A DNA stretch of 32,000 nt from Desulfotalea psychrophila LSv54 (GTDB lineage: Bacteria; Desulfobacterota; Desulfobulbia; Desulfobulbales; Desulfocapsaceae), in contig NC_006138.1 of the NCBI RefSeq assembly GCF_000025945.1, positions 660,001 to 692,000 of the forward strand, read 5' to 3'. Positions 25,508 through 32,000 of the stretch are shown piece by piece. The position numbers and the translations under genes are program-made. The notes beneath the pieces are model-generated. The model was not told the origin of the DNA and made no database searches. It saw nothing but the letters and a program-made list of their open reading frames with translations. How positions within the stretch are numbered: the stretch's first letter is position 1; every line of letters begins with the position of its first letter.

Positions 25508-27088
25508 CTAAACGGGCATTCTCTCCCCCTTAAGAGGAATACTTACATCAAACCCCTCGCCTCGCAAATGTTCGGCAAAGGCCAGGGACTGCTCCACCTC
25601 TCCATGCACCAGAGCAATACTTTTAACATTGAGATTAGAATCCTTGAGTACCCGGGTCATCTCGTCACGATCACCATGACCACTGAGACCACCAAGACTG
25701 ACCACATGGGCTCTAAGCGGATAGTCCTTACCATAAAATCGAACCATGGGCGCATCTCCCTGCCGACCACTCTCCGCATACTCCTTGCCCTTTTCATGAA
25801 GAAGGCGACCAAAGGTATTCTCCCCCATATAGCCGACAATAAGGACTGTATTTCGTTCATCATGAATTCTATGACGAAGATGATGCAGTATCCTGCCGCC
25901 CTCACACATTCCGGAACCGGCGAGGATAATATTAGAGAGGGGATCACGGTTGAGAGCCATTGACTCCTGAACATTATGGACAAAATGAAGGTGCTCAAAG
26001 CTGAAGGGACTCTGCCTCATCTCCAAAAAGCTCCGGTGGGTTGCCTCATCATAGTCTTCCGGATGCTCACCAAAGACGGTGGTCAGATTGGTGGCAAGGG
26101 GGCTATCTATATAGACAGGACGACGAGGAACCTCACCGTCTCGATAAAGCTCATGCAGAAAATAAATAAGCTCTTGGGTACGACCAAAGGCAAAACAGGG
26201 GATAAGTACGCTTCCCCCCCGTTCAAAGGTCTCTGTTAAGACCTTCTTCAACATCGGCTTCAGGGAGGCAACGGGTTCATGGAGGCGGTTACCGTAGGTA
26301 CTCTCCATAAGACAGAGATCAATATTCCGATGCTCCGGGGCAAAGTTAAGAGTGGGATCCTTAATGATCGGCTTATCAAAACGGCCTAAATCACCACTGT
26401 ACATGATGTTCTTCACCTGCCCCGATGGTGTCTTTCTTTGAATAATAGAGATGGCAGAGCCAAGAATATGCCCCGCCTCATACTGGGTGCAGGTGGTGTT
26501 CTTACCCACGGTAAAGGTAGTTTCATAGGGCATGCCCTTAAAAGCAGGAAGGCATCTGTCAACGGACTCCTGGCTATAGATGGGTCGAACTATTTCCAGG
26601 TTATTTTTTTGCGCTACCTCAATAATAAGACTGCGTTTACTCTGATAATCATCGGACTTAAGAATTCCCTGCATCTCCTTCAGTTCCGCCCGGGAAATAT
26701 TCCCCGGATTATCACCCTGTTTTGCCTTTTCTAAAAATTTTTTTACCGTCTTATAGTTGAGGTAGGAACAGTCACCGGCCTGAATATTGGCCGAATCCCT
26801 GAGCAGGTAGGCACAGGCATCTGCCGTTGCCCGGGTGCAAAAAATATTTCCGGTAAAGCCCTGATCCGTCAACATGGGCAGGCGTCCGGAATGATCAATA
26901 TGGGCATGAGAGAGAATAACATTACTGATAGTCTTGGGATCTACAAGAAAATGACGATTCTTCTCCTCACACTCCTTACGTCGCCCCTGATAGAGACCAC
27001 AGTCGAGCAGAAGGGTATCATCTGAAGTTGTAATGGTATGAAAAGAACCGGTTACCTCTTGAGTTGCCCCATAAGCAGTCACATACAT
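25508..27088 (-). CDS. MBL-fold metallo-hydrolase of the beta-CASP (RNA-metabolising, CPSF/RNase J-like) family
   Basis: 526 aa. The metallo-beta-lactamase motif is ILSHAHIDHSGRLP. The beta-CASP-type length and a C-terminal HGD/HGE are present. GGGAG RBS upstream. Confidence 0.82.
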   Translation of the reverse strand: MYVTAYGATQEVTGSFHTITTSDDTLLLDCGLYQGRRKECEEKNRHFLVDPKTISNVILSHAHIDHSGRLPMLTDQGFTGNIFCTRATADACAYLLRDSANIQAGDCSYLNYKTVKKFLEKAKQGDNPGNISRAELKEMQGILKSDDYQSKRSLIIEVAQKNNLEIVRPIYSQESVDRCLPAFKGMPYETTFTVGKNTTCTQYEAGHILGSAISIIQRKTPSGQVKNIMYSGDLGRFDKPIIKDPTLNFAPEHRNIDLCLMESTYGNRLHEPVASLKPMLKKVLTETFERGGSVLIPCFAFGRTQELIYFLHELYRDGEVPRRPVYIDSPLATNLTTVFGEHPEDYDEATHRSFLEMRQSPFSFEHLHFVHNVQESMALNRDPLSNIILAGSGMCEGGRILHHLRHRIHDERNTVLIVGYMGENTFGRLLHEKGKEYAESGRQGDAPMVRFYGKDYPLRAHVVSLGGLSGHGDRDEMTRVLKDSNLNVKSIALVHGEVEQSLAFAEHLRGEGFDVSIPLKGERMPV

Positions 27089-27120
27089 AGCTAGCTCCCT
27101 TTAAAAAATTCCCCCAACTA

Positions 27121-27981
27121 TCATTCTAATTTTACATCAACACAAATACGATAGGTTCGAGGACCACAGTGCCCGCAGGCCGTGATATTGTGATAGAGAA
27201 TTTTACGCCCAAGTTGCAGGGCAACTCCCTCTATAAATTCAAAAGACTTTTCAAATGAATCAACCAGTTGCATATCATAAAAGTGTACCCATCCCCGAGG
27301 AGAAAGTACAGGCAATAAAGAAGATAGAAAGGCTGCCCCGCTCTTAGGCAGAGGCATGATAATCCTATCAAAAGTTCCATGCTCTCCACCAAGCCAGCAA
27401 GAGATGTCCGCCTGATAAAATTTTATATTTTTCAGCTTTTTATTCAGACGAAAACTCTGCAGGGCATATTGATGGGCAGAGCTATTTTTCTCCACGGCAA
27501 TGATCTCCTTTGCCCGGCTGTGCTGGGAAATAACCAATGGGTAAGGCCCCACCCCGGAAAAGGGCACTAGTATCCGTTCTCCATCTGCAACCATTCGGGC
27601 AATGCGCAGTCGTTCGCCACCACTACGTACCGAATAATATGCCTGAGCCAGATCAAGGCTAAGACGCACCCCGGACTCACGCAACTCCGTCACCGTTCGC
27701 TCTTCACCGGCAAGGACCTGAAGGGGAAGAAGACGAAATTCACCATCATAGTTCCCCGCCCGTTTGGCCACCACCGAAACATGGGGATGATTTTCTAAGA
27801 TCTTTTCAGCAATAAGCGACTGCCAGGGCTGACAGGAATCAGGGATAATAATCACTGCAATATCACCGACAATATCATAGGAACCAACGAGTTCGGCAAA
27901 GGCCTGCTCGGGAAGCAGTCCATTAAGTAATTTCTTAAGAGGAAGAGTCATAATTGTTTGATTTTCAAGGATATCCGCCAC
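27121..27981 (-). CDS. Class I SAM-dependent methyltransferase, Met-10+/Trm5-TYW2-like
   Basis: 286 aa. SYDIVGDIAVIIIPD is the Met-10+ N-domain signature. The SAM-binding loop is ILVPFSGVGPYPL. GTG start preceded by GAGGTGG. Confidence 0.75.
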   Translation of the reverse strand: MADILENQTIMTLPLKKLLNGLLPEQAFAELVGSYDIVGDIAVIIIPDSCQPWQSLIAEKILENHPHVSVVAKRAGNYDGEFRLLPLQVLAGEERTVTELRESGVRLSLDLAQAYYSVRSGGERLRIARMVADGERILVPFSGVGPYPLVISQHSRAKEIIAVEKNSSAHQYALQSFRLNKKLKNIKFYQADISCWLGGEHGTFDRIIMPLPKSGAAFLSSLLPVLSPRGWVHFYDMQLVDSFEKSFEFIEGVALQLGRKILYHNITACGHCGPRTYRICVDVKLE

Positions 27982-28063
27982 ACCACCTCAATAAATGGTC
28001 AGCAATTTGCTTTTGAATGTGAGATAAAATAGAATTATATTATCTTGTTTAACCTAAAAACTT

Positions 28064-28861
28064 ATGTTTAAAAACAGATATGTAATGAAAGATAAAAAAG
28101 CGGACACAACAATTATCTCCATGCTAAAAAATAACAAGGCCACCGGCATTCTCTTGGTGATTTTTGTAATTCTGCCCCTTGCTATGAGCCAATATTATCT
28201 CTCTAGCTCTCTACACAGACAGCAACAGGAGCTACTGGATCACGAGGCAAAGGTGCTCTGCCAGTTCTTTGTCGGCCGCTGTAATGCCTTTCCTTATCAT
28301 CCGATAGTTGTTGGCTATTTAATCCCCCCCCCTCAAGACAACGACACCTTTAAAAAATTTTATCCCAGGCAATATAACTCTGCCCTGGATCAGGTCTACA
28401 ATAACATCACCCTGCAAGATGAAGATCTCAGCCCGAAAGAAAATCCTCTCTTAGGAAAACCTTTAGCTTTCAAAGAATCAGGCAAAAAGATAGACAATCA
28501 TTTGCATATCGCCACATACCTACCTGTTTATATTGAAGGGTCTGCAAGAGGAAGCCTTCTCGGAGAAATTAATCTTAATGAGTTACTCGAACTATTCTTT
28601 AACAACAGCCAGATAAGCCTCAAAAAAAAACCGCCAACTGATCCTGATATCCTCTACTCTCCCATCAAAAATACAGATTTTTACCTCACAAAAAAACAAA
28701 CCCGCAGCAACCTGCAGGTAATGCTTACCTCACCCCTACTTTTAATCGCTGTTTTTTTATTTATTATGATGATGCTGGCAGGAACACTCCATAGATTACA
28801 GCGTAACTTTGTCTCTCGCTCCCAGAAAAAATACCTCAGCCTGGGCCGAAAAGCATTCTAA
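28064..28861 (+). CDS. Membrane sensor module (TM - periplasmic domain - TM), probably the detached N-terminus of the following GGDEF-EAL protein
   Basis: 265 aa. TM1 is ILLVIFVILPLAM, followed by about 170 aa of extracytoplasmic sequence and TM2 LLLIAVFLFIMMMLAGTL. It stops 20 codons after TM2 and overlaps the next ORF by 53 nt in another frame. Confidence 0.6.
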   Translation: MFKNRYVMKDKKADTTIISMLKNNKATGILLVIFVILPLAMSQYYLSSSLHRQQQELLDHEAKVLCQFFVGRCNAFPYHPIVVGYLIPPPQDNDTFKKFYPRQYNSALDQVYNNITLQDEDLSPKENPLLGKPLAFKESGKKIDNHLHIATYLPVYIEGSARGSLLGEINLNELLELFFNNSQISLKKKPPTDPDILYSPIKNTDFYLTKKQTRSNLQVMLTSPLLLIAVFLFIMMMLAGTLHRLQRNFVSRSQKKYLSLGRKAF

Positions 28862-30248
28862 AGAGTTGCAAAAAGAAATTCACAAACGGCAAACAAGCGA
28901 GGAAGAGTTAAACTATAAGGTAAATTTTGATTCGACAACACGACTTCCCAACAAAACAATGGCCTACGCTATTCTCTGTGAAAAGATAGCAGAGGCCCAA
29001 AAGACAAATCAGCGGCTCTATGTACTCTCCGTAGATCTGGCCAACTTCAAAAAGGTTAACAAGGGCTTAGGCCATGACGGGGGCGAACATCTCCTGGAAA
29101 TTGCCGCAGAAAGGATTGTGCGGGCAAGCGGTCCCAATAGTACGGTGGCCAGACTTCGGGGAGACGAATTTCTCGTCAGCAATTTTGAAGATAGCGAAAC
29201 ATCCTCCCTTGCCGAAAGCACGGCAAAAAATATATTGGAAGAACTACAAAAACCATTTTTTATCCAACAGATAGATTTTTATCTTGGGGCCTGTATTGGT
29301 GTATCACTTTACCCTCGCGACAGCTCTAAGGCAGATAAGCTGATGCGTTATGCAGACCTTGCCATGTACCGGGCAAAGGAAAAAGGACAGAATATATTTT
29401 GCTTTTACAGCCAGTCTCTTAGCCATATAATTTCTCGTAAACAGATGCTTGAGCAACATCTGCATAAGGCCATTAGCAGAGATGAACTCACCCTCTACTA
29501 CCAACCATTTATCAAACTTGGTAAAGAATTAAAAATTGTTGGAGCCGAGGCATTACTCCGTTGGAACAACAAAACCTTCGAAGATATTACTGCCACAGAA
29601 CTTATAGCTGTGGCAGAGGAGACAGGGCTCATCGTACCCATAGGGGAGTGGGTTCTACAAAAGGCGACTGCTGATATTGCCAGCATCAATCCACCGAGAT
29701 CATTTCGTATTGCCCTCAATCTCTCTGCCCAACAATTTCACAATCCAAACCAGCTCCAAACGGCAATACTAACCGCCCTCAGGGAGAGTGGCCTCCAGCC
29801 AGATCAACTGGAGTTGGAAATAACAGAAAATAATTTACTTAATCTGGGAGCAAAAACTATTCACCTGCTCCAGTGGATCAAACAATTGGGCATTCGCCTT
29901 TCCATTGATGATTTCGGCACAGGTTATTCCTCCCTCCACTACCTGCAAAAACAAAACTTTGACCTCCTTAAAATTGATAAAAGCTTTATCAAAGATATAC
30001 ATCTTAAAAAATCAAATCGTGTCTTAGTCGATGCCATCTTTGCCATGAGCAAGACCCTTGGTATCGAGGTCATTGCCGAGGGCATCGAATCCAAAGCAGA
30101 AGAGGAGTTCCTTCGCCAACAGAATTATGGACTAGCCCAGGGTTTTCGCTATAGCAGACCTGTCCCACTAGAGCCGTTTAAAATTCTCCTCGATCAACAA
30201 AAGGAGAGAGGGTATGTCCGTTTTCCCAGCAGTAAAGACGCCCCCTAG
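28809..30248 (+). CDS. GGDEF-EAL protein (degenerate cyclase motif RGDEF, intact-looking EAL phosphodiesterase)
   Basis: The GGDEF domain carries RLRGDEFLV. The EAL domain carries GAEALLRW, ELEITE, DDFGTGYSSL, KIDKSF, EGIE and QGF. The only in-frame start ahead of the linker helix is TTG 28809 with no RBS, consistent with a frameshift split from 28064..28861. Confidence 0.75.
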   Translation: MSLAPRKNTSAWAEKHSKELQKEIHKRQTSEEELNYKVNFDSTTRLPNKTMAYAILCEKIAEAQKTNQRLYVLSVDLANFKKVNKGLGHDGGEHLLEIAAERIVRASGPNSTVARLRGDEFLVSNFEDSETSSLAESTAKNILEELQKPFFIQQIDFYLGACIGVSLYPRDSSKADKLMRYADLAMYRAKEKGQNIFCFYSQSLSHIISRKQMLEQHLHKAISRDELTLYYQPFIKLGKELKIVGAEALLRWNNKTFEDITATELIAVAEETGLIVPIGEWVLQKATADIASINPPRSFRIALNLSAQQFHNPNQLQTAILTALRESGLQPDQLELEITENNLLNLGAKTIHLLQWIKQLGIRLSIDDFGTGYSSLHYLQKQNFDLLKIDKSFIKDIHLKKSNRVLVDAIFAMSKTLGIEVIAEGIESKAEEEFLRQQNYGLAQGFRYSRPVPLEPFKILLDQQKERGYVRFPSSKDAP

Positions 30249-30481
30249 CAATAACATCCATAATCTTTATCTCTCCAGTTGCGCCTGCTCATTGAATCTC
30301 CTCTTATTTTTATTTACATAATAAGAGCGCAGAAAAATAAATAATCCAGTAAAGATAACATTATTCATGTATATGCAATATAGGACAGAATGATCCACAA
30401 GAATATCTTGGATTATTCTGCCTATTCTGCTAATTTACCAGTACACTTTCGTACTGTAAAATTGACTAACAGGATAAAGAT

Positions 30482-32000
30482 ATGTTTGAGATCGTAGAAA
30501 ACAGCATCATCGCCCCTAATGTTCACCGCCTTATCATCAAAGCTCCTCGAGTGGCAAAATCCCGTAAGCCGGGACAATTTGTTATCGTCCATGAAGAGGG
30601 TGGCGAACGCATTCCCCTTACCATTGCCGACGAGAACATTGAAAACGGTACAATCACCTTAATTATTCAAGCCGTTGGCGAGGGCACCAAGCAAATTGTC
30701 AGCAAGCAGGCCGGAGAATTTATCCGTGACATTGCCGGCCCCCTTGGTAAGGCTTCAGAAATTGAAAAAGTCGGTAAGGTGGTCTGTATTGGTGGCGGGG
30801 TAGGTACCGCTGTACTCTTTCCCCTGGCCAAGGCCCTTGCCGCAGCAGGCAATGATCTGACAACCATCATCGGTGGTCGTTCAGAGTCCTTTGTCATTCT
30901 CAAAGACGAGCTCGCCGTATTTTCTACTCAACTAAAGATAACCACGGAAGATGGTTCTCTCGGTGATAAGGGCTTTGTTACCGGCCCCCTCGCTGAAATA
31001 CTTGAAGACGAGACCAGACGCCCAGAGATTATCTATGCCATCGGCCCCGTTCCTATGATGGCGGCCATCTGTGAACAGACCCGTCCCTACGGCGTCAAGA
31101 CCATTGTCAGCCTCAATCCTATTATGGTAGACGGCACAGGCATGTGTGGCGGTTGTCGGGTAACCGTCGCCAACAAGGTAAAATTTGCCTGCGTCGACGG
31201 CCCTGAATTTGACGGTCATGAGGTTGACTTTAAAGAGCTTGCTGCCAGACAGCGCCAGTATGTCGGCCACGACCACGATCGCCATAAATGTCGCATGGAC
31301 GCAGTAAAGATAGAGACAATCAGCATAAAAGAACGCATGGCAATTCCCCGGGCCCATATGCCCGAGCAGGACGCCAAGATCAGGGCAACCAACTTCACTG
31401 AGGTAAATCTGGGGATCTCTGAAGAGGTGGCCATCCGTGAGGCCCAACGCTGCCTTAACTGCAAGACCCGTCCCTGTGTCTCCGGTTGTCCCGTCGGTGT
31501 CCGTATCCCTGAATACCTGCAGGAAGTTGCCAAGGGCGATTTCGCCGCAGCTGCCAAGATACTCCGTGAAGACAACGCCCTGCCCGCCACCACCGGCCGG
31601 GTCTGCCCACAGGAATCTCAATGCGAGCAGAAATGTGTTCGGGGTAAAAAGGGCGATGCCGTTGCCCTCGGTTGGCTGGAACGCTTTGTCGCTGACTGGG
31701 CTGCCCAAAACCTTAAACCCGAAGTACCCTGCATAGAGAAGACGGGGAAAAAGGTCGCCATTATCGGCAGTGGTCCCGGAGGTCTGACCGCCGCCGGAGA
31801 ACTTGCCCGTAGGGGGCACGATGTCACAGTTTTTGAGGCATTACATACCGCCGGTGGTGTACTTCGTTATGGTATTCCTGAGTTTCGTCTGCCAAAAAAT
31901 ATTGTCGATCACGAGGTGGAAAACCTTGTCGCCCTCGGGGTTAAGTTTGAATTCAACGTCATCATTGGCCAAACCCTGACTATTAAGGAGATAATGGCAG
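30482..32000 (+). CDS. Fused NfnA-NfnB-like oxidoreductase (ferredoxin-NADP reductase / sulfide dehydrogenase-like subunit fused to glutamate-synthase-small-chain-like subunit), 3' end outside window
   Basis: I translated this by hand because it has no stop in the window and is not in the ORF track. It opens MFEIVENSIIAPNVHRLIIKAP.. The NfnA-like half has GGGVGTA and the 2Fe-2S motif GMCGGCRV. It continues without a stop into ..RATNFTEVNLG..RCLNCKTRPCVSGCPVG..CPQESQCEQKC..VAIIGSGPGGLTAAGELARRG. Track ORFs 30667..30903, 30932..31819, 31216..31593 and 31618..31827 (all on the - strand) and 31437..31736 (+ strand, off-frame) are shadows of this CDS. Confidence 0.85.
   Translation, partial: MFEIVENSIIAPNVHRLIIKAPRVAKSRKPGQFVIVHEEGGERIPLTIADENIENGTITLIIQAVGEGTKQIVSKQAGEFIRDIAGPLGKASEIEKVGKVVCIGGGVGTAVLFPLAKALAAAGNDLTTIIGGRSESFVILKDELAVFSTQLKITTEDGSLGDKGFVTGPLAEILEDETRRPEIIYAIGPVPMMAAICEQTRPYGVKTIVSLNPIMVDGTGMCGGCRVTVANKVKFACVDGPEFDGHEVDFKELAARQRQYVGHDHDRHKCRMDAVKIETISIKERMAIPRAHMPEQDAKIRATNFTEVNLGISEEVAIREAQRCLNCKTRPCVSGCPVGVRIPEYLQEVAKGDFAAAAKILREDNALPATTGRVCPQESQCEQKCVRGKKGDAVALGWLERFVADWAAQNLKPEVPCIEKTGKKVAIIGSGPGGLTAAGELARRGHDVTVFEALHTAGGVLRYGIPEFRLPKNIVDHEVENLVALGVKFEFNVIIGQTLTIKEIMA

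Overview
This 32 kb window looks like chromosome from a Gram-negative, probably anaerobic bacterium. A Desulfobacterota-like host is suggested by the glycyl-radical enzyme, the fused NfnAB-type oxidoreductase, the DUF2959 lipoprotein and the OM porin, but that is inference only. Hand-sampled lines give about 50% G+C for the backbone.

Gene content, left to right:
- A NitT/TauT-type ABC importer: a frameshifted ATPase, a permease and an NMT1/SsuA-like binding protein.
- A GlpM-like membrane protein.
- A 2 kb two-gene accessory segment bracketed by 250-310 bp direct repeats.
- A sharply AT-rich island of about 4.3 kb (about 25-30% G+C in hand-sampled lines), described below.
- About 650 bp of mosaic non-coding repeats, a DUF2959 lipoprotein and tRNA-Gly(GCC).
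- An orphan glycyl-radical enzyme (HypD/glycerol-dehydratase-like) and AspC-type aminotransferase.
- Two divergent glycosyltransferases, an M15/VanY-like peptidase and a DUF2062 protein.
- A U32 peptidase plus LUD-domain operon, and a DOMON-like protein.
- A porin with a translationally coupled lipoprotein.
- A beta-CASP MBL hydrolase and a Trm5/Met-10-like methyltransferase.
- A split sensor GGDEF-EAL gene.
- A fused NfnA-NfnB-like oxidoreductase that runs off the right edge.

The main finding is the three-gene operon in the AT-rich island. It encodes a Cap4/DUF4297-type nuclease effector (412 aa), a small middle protein (153 aa), and an SMC/Rad50-like ABC ATPase (643 aa) with a long coiled coil and a central CPVC zinc hook. 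This is the architecture of the Lamassu / DdmABC / ABC-3C class of anti-phage and anti-plasmid systems, here as a divergent, apparently horizontally acquired and uncharacterised member.

Two genes are broken by single-base insertions in homopolymer runs, which may be assembly error rather than biology. All product calls come from motif recognition by eye. No searches were run.
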